The position numbers and the translations under genes were made by a program. From Heteronotia binoei (taxonomy: Eukaryota), in contig NC_083233.1 in NCBI RefSeq assembly GCF_032191835.1, positions 56,668,001 through 56,732,000 of the forward strand: 64,000 bases of DNA, given 5' to 3'. The notes beneath the pieces were generated by a model that worked only from the letters and a program-made list of their open reading frames with translations, did not search any database and was not told the origin of the DNA. Of this stretch, positions 47,801-61,299 are shown piece after piece (positions within the stretch are counted from its first letter, which is position 1; each line of letters opens with the position of its first letter).

Positions 47801-50800
47801 CCTCCGTGAACTGCAGTAGCTATCAGGTCCAACAGCTGTTGCAGGCAGCCAAGAAGCTTCATTCCAGCCATATTGCTATGCTGCCATTGCCATTACTACC
47901 CTCACAGCCTCCATCAGTGTGGATACCTTCTTGCAGCAAAGAAGAACCAGAGTCACACCAGCAGGCTTGCAGAAACACTTAGATGCTATGCAGTAACCTT
48001 ATATCAACCTTGTCAATCCACAAACATTACTTGCTCACAAACTTTTGCTAGCCCATTTTAGTTGCTCATGGTCTGGGGTGGGGAAATTCTCCAAAGTTTC
48101 TTTGTTGGGAGCAAATATTATTATGTGCTATAGCCAAGCCACAGTTTACAAGCCTACTATGTACCTTCCCTGATAAAGCAGCCTTCCCTCTCATGCCACA
48201 GCTTGGGAAAGACAGTCACCCCAACAATCAGCCACCCCAGCAAGCAGATTACCTACCAGTGGGCTTCTTGTGAGGACTGGCAAGGACAAGGGGGCGGCCT
48301 AGAAACAGGTGCAAATCAAAGACATAGGGAGTCTCATCTGGTGCCACCAAAGAATATGCTGTTCCGCTTCTTCCGGCACGTGCTACTCGGCCTAGGTGGA
48401 AATAAAATAAGAAAAGTGTCAAATGCATAATCTCATGGTAAACATTCACATTTTCTTTCATCTTTTAATGGATGTATTATACTGTCTTTATCTCATTTTT
48501 CGCCAAGCATCATATTTCGTTTATAGGATCTTGTGACTTCTGAAATCCAGGCCATTGCCTATATGGCACTGCTTTGTATTCCACTTTTCTTCAACCCAGT
48601 GTTATTGCACAATGCGTTGTATATATGACAATGGTCTTTTGTGCACTATTGTTGTAATTCTGTGACCTGCCTCAAGCTTTAATGAAAAAGGCAGAAAATA
48701 AATGGTATGCCCCAATCTTTGTTACAAAAAAAACCTTCAAGGGGCTTTGCATAAAGAAATCAAAAGGGTTTTCTAGATCATCTGGCTGCTTTCTTGGGCT
48801 AGGATTCAGGCGGGGTAGCAGTGGGCTGAACATGAGCTGATTAACCCATTGCACTGAGCAGCTTGTAGAAAAAGATACTGTAGGCAGAGATCTGCTATAA
48901 GCAACTTGCATGGTTGGGCAAAACTATGTTATACGGACAATGATAAAATATGGGGTGCCCTCACCTGGATAGCCCCAGCTAGTCCAATGTCACGAGATCT
49001 CAGAAGCTAAGCTATCCATTGTAAGCAGCTGTCAGAATGCTACTGAAGTTTCTCAAGAGTTAATGTCCCTTTGCATGTTCCTTCTCAGTTTCCTGAACAT
49101 CCTGGTTTTTTTTCGCCAGCTCTCACACATTCTTTACTGAAAATTATCAGCTCTCATTGGTAGGAGGAGAAGAGCTTAAATACTGCTCTTCAGATTCTAG
49201 TCTGCCAAAGCAACTGCTCACTTTTTAAAAATTTATGATCATCACTCAGTGATTGCACTATTATCAGAAATAAGGAAATAAAAGAATTACAAGCAATGAT
49301 GCTGGCCAAGTTGGAAAGATGGTTATATGCCTTCCCTCAATATCCCAATATCCCTCAATAGCCTCCGCTCAATTTCCTTTGTATGCAGAAGGTCCTCTTC
49401 ACCTTGGGCATCTCAAGTGGAAAAGGATACTGGTAAAATCTACCATCCAAAAATACAGTCACTGTTCACCAGAGAAGACAGCACTGGGCTAGTCTTATGG
49501 CATAAGGCAACTTCATAGATTAACATACACACACACGGCTCCAGGTTTAGAATGAGGCCTCCAGAACTCACCTACACGATGCAAGAAGAGCTTGGCTTTG
49601 GCAGGGAAGCTGTAGTTGATCACATTGTCCAGCAAGGGGATGTCAATCCCACGGGCAGCCAAGTCGGTGACAATCAGCACCGAGCACTTGCCGTGGGTGA
49701 ATTTGCCGATGTTAATCTTGCGGGCCGTCTGGTCCAGAGAGCTGTAGATGTGTGTGCATTCCACACCCTGCGCTGTCAACAGCTGTAGAGAGAGGTCAGA
49801 AAGTCAGTGGGCCCAACTTCCTAGCATCAAAGTAAGCACAGTAATGCTCATGTTTCTCAGCTCTCTGTGGAAACAGCACTGGAGTGAACTGAAAATTTGC
49901 CTTTTCAGTCAGTCAGTCAGTCACATTTTATTTGTATCCCGCCCTCCCCGCCAAAGCGGCTCAGGGCGGCTAACAACAAGAACTTAATGCATACATTGTA
50001 CAATAATAATAATAAATAACATTTTAACTACAATTGATTAAAATCTATTAAAATTCTAAAATTTTCATTCTTTCATTATCTTTTTTTAAAAAAGCCATGT
50101 TTCTAGTTCTAATGGCTGTACAGAAGAATACAGCCAGTTTGGGGTAGTGGTTAAGTGTGCGGACTCTTATCTGGGAGAACCGGGTTTGATTCCCCACTCC
50201 TTCACTTGCACCTGCTGGAATGGCCTTGGGTCAGCCATAACTCTGGCAGAGGTTGTCCTTGAAAGGGCAGCTGCTGTGAGAGCCCTCTCCAGCCCCACCC
50301 ACCTCACAGGATGTCTGTTGTGGGGGAGGAAGATAAAGGAGATTGTGAGCCGCTCTGAGACTCTTCGGAGTGGAGGGCGGGACATAAATCCAATATCATC
50401 ATCTTCTTGTACAGAAGAATAATAGTTTTGGAAGCATGACCCACTGGCCTTAAGGAATCCTTAGAAGCTATGCTACTGAAGCTGCTTTATGCATGCAATT
50501 TTAAAGGTAAAACATCCAGGGCAGGTATAGATCTTTGATCACTAAAGCCCAGCCCCTTCCCAATGACCCACACACACCTCTCTAAGATACTCTGTGTGGT
50601 GTTTGGTGGCCACAAACACGATGGTCTGATCTTGAGGTCTCACTACAGTCCTCAGCAGATATAACAGGAGTGCTGGCTTGTCATCCGCACGAACATGGAA
50701 GAAGGAGAGCTGGAAATTAAGGTTAGTAGAAATTTATTCAGTGCAGCCAGGTGCTGTGCAGAACATTGAGACCAAAAGACCTTCCCATCCAAAAAGGTTT

Positions 50801-53800
50801 AATACGCAGCTTCATTCTCTTGAAAGCATATCTTTACACAACTAGTCTATAAAGATGCAGATGGGCTTCAACAAATACATCCAGCAATGGTTTTAAATAG
50901 GTAAGATGTGCACTTAAATTCCCATAATTCTCTGCAGTCCACACAAGCTGACCTACTACAAGGCCCTCTCTGCCACTGGAAAGGCAAACTGCAGAAATGG
51001 GAGGAACCCGTGGCAGTCTGTCAAGAGACATCCCTGCAGTAGTAGGATACTTGAAACGGGCAGATGCCTACTCCACCCACATCCCCTACTTTTCAGCTGA
51101 AAACAAAAAAAAAGGGGGGGAAATGCTTAACTGAAAACAGGGGTGTTCAGTAAGTGACCTCCCTTCTGTACCCTGTGGTATCCTGAGAGTCCCAACAGTC
51201 TGACTACAGCTGAGGTGGGACAGGCCTACCCTGTGAGAGAACGTTAACCAGTGCAGTGTCATGATTAGGGTGTTTTAGGACTGGGAAGAAGACAGTTCAA
51301 ATCCCCATTCAAACAATCCCATTGGGAGAACTGGGCCACTTCCCTTCTTTCTCAACTTAGCCAACCTCACAGGACTTGGAAAAGGCTGGGATCCACTGAG
51401 AACCGCACAGACGGGTTCCCCTCCCTGGAGAATCGCTTCCTTGCCTCTCCCTCTGGTTTCAGCCCCAAATGCCGCCCCCCCCCCCCCCAAAAAAAACCCC
51501 ACTGCTCTAAGGCTAGGGAACTCTTCCCCTCCACAAGAGCAGCACAGAGAGGGGAGTTGCAGGCGTGCAGCAGGACAAGCAAAATCGGCAAAAATTATGC
51601 CCCCCCTTCTGTCCACTGATATCCTCCACTGGATACCAGCCATTGGTTACAGGAAGGAGAAGAGAACCCTGTATTCTGCCTTGAGCTCCTTAGAAGATGG
51701 GTGGGGTAAAAACTCAGGACCCCTCCTCCTTTCAAATCAATTGCTGATAGCAGCAACGAACAACTGGCAATTCAATACATAACCCAACACACACATATTC
51801 TGCTCGTGTCTCACAGACCACATAAGTAGCACTCCTGTGGGCACACTCGGGATGTTCTTTGAAGCACATGGTATTGTAAGGAACTGGTGCACCACGTTAT
51901 CGAGCTGGTCTCCTGCCATGCCGCCTGCCTGAGTTCTTCAGCAACCCTTCCCACTGGCCCAAGGAGGAAGAGGCCACCTTGCCTAACACAAAGCATTCCT
52001 GGGTAAGAACACTGCCAGCCCCCCCCCCCCCCCCCCGATATTTTAGGAGACTTTACATCTTTCGTACCTTCAGCTGGTCACTGAGTTTGGACTCCACATC
52101 CAGGCGGATCAACACTGGCTCTGTGAGGCCTGAGGAGAAAATGGAGAGAAAAAGACAACCTGAGTGTATCCTTTCTGTCTAGAAGACTCTGTGGCAGGTG
52201 GCAGGGAAAGAGTGATGGATGCCAAAGCCCAAGAGCAGACTGAGAAGCATTCTACCCTGGCTCCCTCTTCTGGTTGCACAGCTGTTAGGACATGTGCATG
52301 CCTGATTTCGCACACAGAGGAAGAAGGGTGTTTGGGGGGAGAAAGAGGGGAGGAGAGGAAGACTTCCCACCCAAGAATACAAAAATGACAGCTGGGTGGG
52401 TCCTAAGACCCCATCAAAAAGGACAAGCTCTGCATCATACATGGCCTCCCATTCTAGCTGCCATCTGTTTCCAAATATCAGCTGGATTAGATGTTAATTT
52501 CCACACAGGGCACAAGAAGAGGGGCTTTACCTCAGTGCTAGAGCACCTAGTTTTCTGTGCAAAACGAGAGCAACCCAGAATCAATTCCTGGCACTTGGAG
52601 TTAGAAGATGCTGAGAAAGATATTTCTCTGCTGGCAGCCACCATACTGGGGGGAGGATGCCCTACTGAGCCAGACAGGCCAACACCCTGACTCTGTATAA
52701 AAGCACAGGCAGGAACAAAACAAGAAACACTGCCCCATGTGCTTTAGAGGGCCACCGGGATGCCAACATGAGCGCTTTGTCCACCCTCCCTCACCACCAG
52801 GCCTGCCCACTTACCAGCTCTGGCAAATTCCACCAGAAGTTTTGGCAGGGTGGCAGAGAACAACACCGTCTGGCGGCTCTCTGGGAGCCGGGTGAGGATT
52901 TCCTGCAGCTGCTCGGCAAAGCCCATCTCAAAGAGTCTGGGGAGGGAAGCGGCACAGGAAGTTCAGAAAGTGGCAGGATAGATGGGGCAGGATCCATGGC
53001 AATCTCCAACACGGATTTTAGATGGCTTCAGAAGTCAGCCACATATTGTTTGGTGGGAAAAGCAGGGTGTTGTTCCTGGGGTCATGCTAAACTAGGGGTG
53101 CTTTGGGGGAGGGTAATTTTAATGTATTAAAATATTTATATCTCACATTTCCCATATCTCAAGGTGGCTTACAAATTCATTTTTTAAAAAAATACAAAAT
53201 ACAATATCACTTGCAAAACAATCCCAGTATTCTGTGTATACTGACATTATAAACTTGAACCCAGCAAGTTCATAGCCCCTGTAGTTGCAAGAAAAGCTAG
53301 AAGGGTCATTGAGGAAGCTTCCTTGGGGCCAAGGGCAGACCCCCATTTAAGAACACAAGAGAAGCCTTGTTGGATTAGGTGGCCAAACTGGCTCTGGAGC
53401 CACATGTGGCCCTTTCATATATATTGTGTGGCTCTCGAAGCCCCCACTGCCCCATTGGCTGCCCCACTGGAGAAGGCATTTGTCTCTTTAAATCACTTCT
53501 CCAAGCCAAGCCATTTAAAGTTGAAGTTGCTTTCTTTCCACCTCTCCCTCCCTCCTCCCATCTATTTCCTTCCTGCTCTCAAACATCTGATGTTCATGTC
53601 TTGTGGCTCCCAAACATGTGACATTTATTCCATGTGGCTTTTACATTAAGCAAGTTTGGCCACCCCTGGATTAGGCCAATCATCCAACCAGTTCACAGAG
53701 TTCACTGCCCTGCCACAATCACTGGTGAAAGCAGATCAATTATGCAGAATCTTGCAAGGTGTTTTTAGTTTACATCATTTATACAGAACTGCAGAAATCA

Positions 53801-56800
53801 ATTTGTCCTTGCTGCAGAATATGGACTCCTTTGGTACAGATTTTGGAAAGGGTGGGGGGCATATAAACAGTACCCAAAACAGAATAAAATTTATTGCACT
53901 ATAATAACCTAAACATAAGTGTAAACAGGGCACTTCCTTTATCTACAGAAACCAAGATGACAGCCCAATTAAAGAAATTTTAGTTTTATGAGCTTTGGAA
54001 TACTAATCAGTTGATTGAATCTGCATGCATTTGTATATCAGGTGGAAAAAAGAGGTCTAAGGAAAAAGCTCCACATTCATGTGTCACTGCTGTCAATTTT
54101 ACCAAAAAGGTAGTCTCATTTCTCTCCCCCCAAACCAGCCACTTTCAAATTTTACTATTAATTGCATTAATAATCTTCATTTAATCTGCTGCCAATTGAT
54201 TTGGGGATTTGTTAGTTAATCAATTTTTTAAAAAATAAAATCAAAAGCTCTATCCGCATAAATCACACAATTATTGGTGCAACCTACACAAAATTACTCC
54301 AGTCCAAGCATATTGATTTGAATGGGCACAGATTGGTGTGCCTTCATGTAAGATGTCCCCCCTTTGGGTAGTGACCTTGTTATCCTGGCCTGGTCCCCCT
54401 CCCCCGATGTCCCCTGATACAATGGCTACTTGGGATTGTTCAGAAACTTATCTGCACAACAGAACCAAAACTAACCTGTCTGCTTCATCAAACACCACAT
54501 ATTCCATGCTCTGTAGTTTGAGTTTCATCTCTACAGCCACATGAACCAGGCGGCCAGGAGTGGCGATGATTCTGTGGGGGGGAAGCAAACAGACACAGTG
54601 ATCGCTTGTTGTAAGAAGAAAAGCAGCGTGCTCTCTCTCCCTCCTATTGTTTGCCTAATCCCAAGATGCATCCAGAGCAAGGCGGCAAAGAATCTGATAC
54701 CCTTGCAGGGGGTCACAATGATATAGTTCATACAAGTGACCAAAAAAACTATGACTATACTACATCAGACTGCACGAGACTGTTTTGGCATGTCAGAAAG
54801 GTTCTAACCTAGATTTCCCCAGTATGCTAGCTTTCTAGGTGTAATGATTTTTTTAAATACAGAAGAGCATTCAGTCATGTCAGCCCTCGGCTTTGGCCCT
54901 AGGTGGTGTAATCCAGACATAGGTTTACTCCGCAGGACTAAACTATATGTGATTCTGAGTAGGCTGTAATTGAATCCCACTCCCTTTTTGGCACCCACGC
55001 GGTAACAAGAACAGACCTCAGAAGTGGTAGTAGCACAACACAAGTCATATTGCAAGAAAATTGACCTAAACTGGCAAGATAAAGATAGACCAGTGTGGCA
55101 AAGTATCAGACTAGGATCCAGGTTCAAATCTCGCCCCAGATTGACAGATACAAGGAGCAACCACAATCCTTTCCCAGATGTGTCTCAAGGCAGTCCCAGC
55201 TACCTTGATCTGATCCTAAGTGTCTTGCCCCCACCCAAAGCTAGGAAAAGAGAAATCGCCCTCCTCCTAGCCAAAAACTACACACACAGGCAGGAATTTT
55301 TTAACTCACATATCAGGATTTTCATGCAATGCTGCAAACTGGTCTTCCATCCTGGAAAAGAAAACTTTAAGTTCATGCCATGCAAGAATTTCAAGGGTTA
55401 CACCTATCCCACTTCTTCCCCTCCCCTCAACCAGGACACAATCACACGTGGGCCTGGTTCAGACATACAGGAGAACGAGCCACATCACTTCCCAGTGATG
55501 GATTCCAGCTCTGAGTATCTCTTGACACAAAAAACTCCCTGCCACCACAGCAGGAAAAAAAGTTCTACCCTCTCTTTTTTGCTGTTTTTCTATTCACAAG
55601 GATAACTCCATGAATCTAACTCATACCTTTTTTAAGCTGGCTATTCCTGCGACCATCAATACACCCCCTGGCAAAAATGGAGCACCCATGTCCAAAAGCA
55701 ATATACCCCTGAATTTTATATGCTAGGAACAAACAGGAAGAGAGGGCTGGTTGACTTTGTGCCCTACTCATGGCAACACAGGATGCTGAGCGAGGTGGGC
55801 CTTTGATCTCGTCCAGCTCCTTCTACAGGTTCAAGCAATTCAAGTCCCTGACAGGTCAGAAATCTAAACACAAATGCTTACTTGTCTCCTCCAAGAATCA
55901 AGGCAGTCTTCAGGCCTGTGAACCGGCCAAGCTGCAACATCAGACAAAGGAGAGTTAGACTAGAGTCTTGGGGGTTTTGCTCTTTTACTGAAGAGGGTCT
56001 GAAAAGGGTCACACCTCCCACTCCTAGCTAGTCTTTGCTGTCCACCCCTACAACCAAAGAATGTTACTGAGATTTTTTTTAAGCAGCTGTAGCTCTACTG
56101 CATTCTTGAAACAGAATCATAAAATCATAGAGTTGGAATGGACCTCAAGGGTCTAATCCAATCCCCTGCACAGTACAGGAAATTCACAAATACCTTCCTC
56201 ATACACATACACCCCCTGTGACCACTGCTCCATGCTCCCTGGTCAAAATGGCCTGAAGAAAAATTTCGGACTGACCCCAAAGTGTCAAAGGGGACCACAA
56301 GAGCTAAGCACTGATGCAACACTTCCTGCCCTCCCTCTCATGAACTGCCTACAGGTTTGCAGCTTCCAAACCTCAGCTGAGAACTCACAATAAGAAACAC
56401 CTTTGGCTGGTTGACAGCAGACTTGCTTCTTCCATGGAGGCAAATGCAAACAATTAACAGGTGGCATGGCACTTAGTTTTCAGGGATGATCTGGCCCCCT
56501 GGTTTACTGGGAAGAGTCCCCAGTGGGACTCTGAAGTTCCAGTGGAGGTCAAGGTGAGCCAAGCTGAACAAGAAGGCTGCAGGACTTTGAACTGCTGCAG
56601 AAGGCTTCTTGACTTTGAACTGGCCAATGGTGGCAACTACAGCTGTAGGTCTGCCCATCACATCTTCTTGCACTACCTACCATTTCCTAGGTCAAACTGA
56701 GCAGCCTTTTGGTGCTGATAATGTTGCCAGGACTGCTCAGTTTGACTCTTAGACTGTTTTAACATCCCAGCCCAGTCCTCTAGCTTCACTGTACACATCC

Positions 56801-59800
56801 CGGAATCAGTGACTAATGTGTTACCCCAGGCCTGACTCCAACATCAGCAACTCATGGAATACACCTCTGAAAATGCTATTTTTTTAGAAATCTTAATACC
56901 CAAAACTCCCTCCCCCCCAAGTCAGTATGGTGATGTATGTAGCTCTGCCAAAAGGAGCATGGGGAGGCCTTGCTTTGGGTGCCCCTCCTCCTGCAGATGC
57001 TGGAAAATCCAGCAAGTGGTACCTTATCCAGAGCCTCCACCTAGAAATACATAGAGTTGGACCACTGGTCCACCTAGAGCAGAATTAGTTACTTTATCTG
57101 ACAGCAACAGTCCACCATCTTTGGCAGAAGTCTCCTGAGCCCTGTGGCCTGCAGTTCTTTACCTGGACATTGACAATATAGGCCCTCCAATGAACTGTGT
57201 AAAGGACCTTCCCAGTTCTATGGAACTCCCTGCCCAGGGAAAACAATCCAATTTACGCTCACTTTCAGAAGTCTGGCAAATGCTTCCTTATTTAAGAAGG
57301 CACTTTGATCACTAGAGGGAAATGGAGGCAGTATCTTACTGACCGGATTTTTATAAATTTCTGCTGTTTGCACCTTTTGTTATATTGAGATTTCGTTGAA
57401 CAGCTGTGTTTAAAAGAATTTATATCACAGGACTGTGGAGACATACTAGATGTCAATATGCCTGTCTGAGACTTGCTAAGTGACAGAATGTTCCACCTGA
57501 GAACAGCACACAATCCATCCACAGCTCTCTAAGGCCTCAGGACTTGGGATTGACAAGCAGGTTTTGAAAGCCCATTCTTTTTACTCATCATCAATCCCAA
57601 CTTCCTCCACACTTGGCATACCTCTTTGGTGAACTTCAGAGTCTGCAAGGCAAGTTCCCGAGTAGGTGAGAGGATGAGAGCCCGGGCCCCAGTCTTTGCA
57701 CTGTGTGCCTTTAGCTTCTCAAACATGGGAATGAGGAAACAGGCCGTCTTCCCACTCCCCGTTCTTGCCATGGCAACCACATCCTTGCCATCCAGGATGG
57801 GTGGAATGGCCTGCAAGACAAGGCAGCCCCATGTAAATAAGGCAAAATGGAGCAAGTTAAGCCTTAAATCTGGGAATAAGAAACAGTTCATACAACCAGC
57901 AAAAATAAACAGGGTAAAAATATTGTTTTCTGAATTTTTTTCATTTCAAGTTGAATGCTGAAGTCTATTCATCAACACAGACAAGCTCTGTTACTTTTAA
58001 TTTTACTTTATTTATAGCCCACCTTTCTCACTAAGTCTCAAGGTGGATCACAGTTTTCAGTAGCCAATGAAGGTTTAATCTCAGCAGTGAGTGGCAGATG
58101 CAATACCCACTGTGGAGCTCAGGGAGCCTGCCACAATACTGAGAGATCAGCTGCCCACCAAAAGGCAGCAAAGCAAGTTTAGGATGGACAGCTGAAAACA
58201 TTTCTTAACAGACACCAATGAGCCACTGTTTTAAGAATTGGTTTCAGATATCCCACCCACCCCCTTTGCCCCCACACACTAGTGGTGCCCCTCCTCTCTT
58301 TTCACCACCTCCCCGCCACAACAGAACTGCTTAAGGAACTGCCTCCATAGTGTCTACACTGCAGAACAGACACAGTGTCCTGAAATACGAGGTTTGCCCA
58401 TCACTCACCTTCCTCTGGATCGGGGTAGGCACTTTGTAGCCTTTCTTCATTATCCCTTTGAATACTGGATAGCTCAAACCTGGCAGAGAGAACAGTTCAC
58501 AGGATCAGTGGCAAAGCCCAGCTGGGTCAGACCCTAAGCATCCAAGAGATGCCCTGCAAGGTCAATAATCTGGCAGACAGAGGCCAAAGCCTCCCCATCA
58601 CTCTCCCCACCAAGCACCTAGTATTCATATGTGTACACCCTCTGAACAGAGGGGTTCCATTGAGCCATCACGGTGGCTAATAGCCATGAATAAACCAATC
58701 TTCTGTAAGGGAAGACTACCACCCTCCTTTCAATGTAAGGGGCTACACAGTACCCCCAAATGATAAAAGCATTAATAGGGAAGTCTGAGACTACTAGCAG
58801 GAAGTACTGCTCCATCATCTGGACCAAGAACAAATTTGGGTCCATGCTGGAAAATACAGATTATTATGTCCCCAGGGATGGACACAATGTGTCACCCTGT
58901 CCCAGATCAGCCAACACAAAATAATGAAGTCACAGTCCTGCAGTTGTTCCTCACTTACCCATGGACTGGAAGCCCCCCGACTTCTTCTTTTTCTTGTTCT
59001 GGGCCCGAACCATTTCCTGGGTGTCTGGTTCAACATCAGAAGCGCAATCAGATGTCGGGAAGGTCGGCACTGGCATCTCATAGTCCTTTGAACAAAGTGA
59101 GTCAAGAGAGAAGCATGCACCAGATACGGAGCAACAAGAAGTTGCTGTGAGAATCTTCACCAGTGCAAACATTAGCATCACTTTTCAAAAAGTGACTGAA
59201 TATGCAATTAATAAAGGGCTTGAACATTAGTATAATTGGTTCATCTAAGCAGTTTTCTACAGGCAAAGGCTCTACGATAAACGCGGTGTCAGAAATCTGC
59301 CAAACCAGCCTTTCTTGGATTATGTGAACATGCATACAGGTTCACCACTGATGCTGATTTGAGGTTTAAACTTTTTTTGCTGTTATAGTTGGTTTTTTAC
59401 GTCTTTTTACAAGTCACCTTAGCGAAAGGCAAGGTAGAATCTTCTCAAAGAAAGGTTTCTATCCTTAAAGTAAAATACTTCGAAATAATCCCCAATGAAC
59501 ACACCGATTATTTTATTATTATAGGCTCATTTCTACCTAAATATATATCTGTATCTACAACGACGTTGTTATTTGTAAGCAAGTCCCGCTACATTCAATA
59601 AGGCTTACTACAGAGTAAACCACTTCCAGGTCAAAAGAGGCAACTTCCATGTCCAAAAAAGTTCAGGCTAACTGGCTGGCTGGAGCCCCGGCGATTCTCT
59701 TTTTAGCGATTAAAACACAAACACAAATCCTTGTGTTTCTCAGTACCTGTTGCGGGTCTAAATCCTGGTCTTTACACCGTCGCTGTCTTTTCCTTCTCCG

Positions 59801-59824
59801 TCTCGAGGCCTGAAGTGGAGCCAT
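35868..59824 (-). CDS. DDX54: ATP-dependent RNA helicase DDX54 (DEAD-box, Dbp10 family), 20 exons, 837 aa
   Basis: Exons 59747-59824, 58959-59085, 58409-58479, 57622-57810, 55882-55931, 55310-55351, 54476-54571, 52815-52936, 52068-52129, 50578-50709, 49572-49782, 48257-48391, 46350-46571, 44597-44670, 42593-42793, 41848-41990, 41650-41763, 39081-39185, 37595-37692 and 35868-36109 join to 2514 nt with consistent phases. Motifs include the Q motif (GFQSMGL), [43 protein letters not shown] and a C-terminal KGKLRKRM. Confidence 0.96.
36880..37253 (+). mobile_element. CR1 LINE 3' end (tail resumes at 37390-37433)
   Basis: [19 protein letters not shown]-type RT end and the CR1 3' UTR. Confidence 0.8.
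37254..37389. mobile_element. Short palindromic hAT MITE inserted in a CR1 tail
   Basis: caggggtggccaatggtagctctccagatg...catctggagagctaccattggccacccctg; degenerate TSD GCCTAGAT / GATGAGAT. Confidence 0.8.
37693..39080 (-). other. U12-type (minor spliceosome) GT-AG intron 18 of DDX54
   Basis: Donor reads GTATCCTT on the minus strand (39080 downward). A branch-site-like TTCCTGAAT lies at 37713-37705, just upstream of the CAG acceptor. Confidence 0.88.
38451..38999. mobile_element. Solo LTR (Gypsy-like), 549 bp
   Basis: Ends TGTCA...TGACA; perfect 5-bp TSD TAAAG at 38446-38450 and 39000-39004. Confidence 0.85.
40844..41013. mobile_element. Palindromic MITE (agcaggaactcc family)
   Basis: Same family as the copy at 17587. 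Confidence 0.75.
43305..43420 (+). mobile_element. 5S rRNA-derived SINE head
   Basis: cagatctcagaagctaagcagggtc...agtatttggatgggaga...ggaatacc resembles the 5S internal promoter region. Confidence 0.7.
44745..46110 (-). mobile_element. 5'-truncated L2-clade LINE (RT C-terminal part plus 3' tail)
   Basis: ORF 45184-46074 ([25 protein letters not shown]) frameshifts into 44945-45295, and the element ends with aataaa and a (TAT)n tail at about 44745. Confidence 0.9.
46925..47645 (+). mobile_element. Penelope-like element 3' fragment (GIY-YIG endonuclease plus pseudo-LTR)
   Basis: CSCGQVYVG...[19 protein letters not shown] and RLHREAIEI...NFNRKEE; hammerhead-like core at 47527-47567. Confidence 0.85.
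47527..47567 (+). ncRNA. Degenerate minimal hammerhead ribozyme in the Penelope pseudo-LTR
   Basis: cct-CTGAGGA-t-GCCAG-tcacagttg-CTGGC-GAAAC-ATC-acg. The core and stem II are intact; stems I and III carry mismatches. Confidence 0.6.
50132..50408 (+). mobile_element. tRNA-derived gecko-type SINE, full length
   Basis: Same family as the copy at 2693. Confidence 0.85.
53376..53668 (+). mobile_element. hAT MITE (uninterrupted relative of the split copy at 27214 and 32761)
   Basis: gtggccaaactg...caagtttggccacccctg. Confidence 0.7.
56120..56450 (-). mobile_element. CR1 LINE 3' end
   Basis: agaatcataaaatcatagagttggaa is the reverse complement of a CR1 tail. Confidence 0.7.
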
Positions 59825-60570
59825 AGGAACTATCTGGGTCCAACAGAGACCCGCCCCGATCCCCTCTGGCCAAAATCCGACGAGAAACCAGGAAGACCAC
59901 GCCACGTGCGCCCGTCAAGACGGTTGCGTTTGGACTCAACCACCTCTAGAGTAAGGGGAGTTAGGTGGACCTTTCAATTGACTCCGCCCCCTTGGTACAT
60001 TCCCAGGAATAGCTGACTGCTCCGTCGCTGAAGCGCTTGGGACTTTTCCTACTTAACCCCCTCTCGATAATGGTTTGGTCCACTCTGGTTTCGGCTTCCT
60101 TTAGAGACAATAGTGTCTAGTGTTCTAAAGCCACTTCAGGTTCTCAATTGAAAATGGTAAGTCCTTCATATGAGGGGCAAATGTGACAAAAGAAGTGCAT
60201 AAAATGAGTGCCCTGAAGAAAACGTAAGGGGGAAAAAAAGGACTCGTGTTTTCCTTTCGCGTAGCAGTGCTTTGAAATAATCTGCTTCCAGAAAAGCTAA
60301 GAGAAAAGTAGCTTTTTAAAAAATTAGCAGGTCCGCTGTGTCCTCAGGGCAGGCAAACATTTCAGATGGATTCTGATCCATTTTGCCTATTTTGCTGGAG
60401 GTCATGTCTAGGTTTTCCCACCATTTGGGGTTGCACTCCTGAAACTACAGGCGGGACCGGAAGTGACGGGTGTGTGGAACCTTTCGTTATGCTGCGCCTC
60501 TCTTTGGTTCTTCGACTTACTCGAGGGAAGCAACGATCGCCTCTGCAGAGGAAAAACTGCATCTCTGTAA
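59825..60570. promoter_or_regulatory. Bidirectional DDX54 / RITA1 promoter with putative RITA1 non-coding exon 1
   Basis: CpG-rich. Contains E-box CACGTG (~59903), GC boxes (~59984, ~60451), ETS-type CCGGAAGT (~60458) and a GTAAGA donor at ~60567. Confidence 0.6.
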
Positions 60571-60994
60571 GACGGGGGAGAGGAGCCGGCTTGGGTCTTG
60601 GGGTGGCGCTGGGGAGCCTGCCGAGTTTGGAAGGGGCGGTTCTCTGGGCTCAAGGGCCCTTTTAGCTGGGCAGCTGCAAAGCCGCGGGTCTCGCCCGGCG
60701 GGTCTTCCAGGGATGCAGCAGGATGCAAATAGTTTAAAAATAAATGCGCAGATGTGGGGTACTTGTGCAGCCCGAGTTGCATGTTGCATGTTTACGCGGA
60801 AGGAAGCTGTGACACAGCTCCAGCTTTGCAGCTTGCTAGTCGGCATGTTTACTCGCAAGCAAAGCCCTTGGCGTGCAGCGGGGTTTATTGCCAAGCGACC
60901 GTAAGCAACATTGCAGCCAGATCCTATACATGTTAACGTGGAAGTAACCCCCACCCCGCCGAGCTTGATGAAGTTTGCTCCTGAATTAAGCAGG

Positions 60995-61299
60995 TCTGTG
61001 GCGCAGTGTTAAAGCTGCAGAACTGCAGTCCTAAGCTCTGCTCACGACCTGAGTTCAATCCCCGGCGGAAGCTGGGTTTTCAGGTAGCCGGCTCGAGGTT
61101 GACTCAGCCTTCCATCCTTTCAAGGTCGGTCAAATAAGTACCCAACTTGCTGGGGGATGTGTGTGTGTGGAAGTGTAGATGACTGGGGGAGGCAATGGCA
61201 AACCACCCCATAAAAAGTCTGCCATTAAAAAGTTGTGAAAGCAACGTCACCCCAGAGTCAGAAACGACTGGTGCTTGCACAGGGGACCTTTCCTTTCCC
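60995..61299 (+). mobile_element. Sauria SINE, full length
   Basis: Close match to 4635-4939. Confidence 0.85.

Noticed and set aside
60778-60850. Clustered CATGTT / CTTGCT motifs resembling p53 half-sites in RITA1 intron 1
   Set aside because: Each half-site has mismatches and the spacing is irregular. Too weak to call without ChIP or conservation data.
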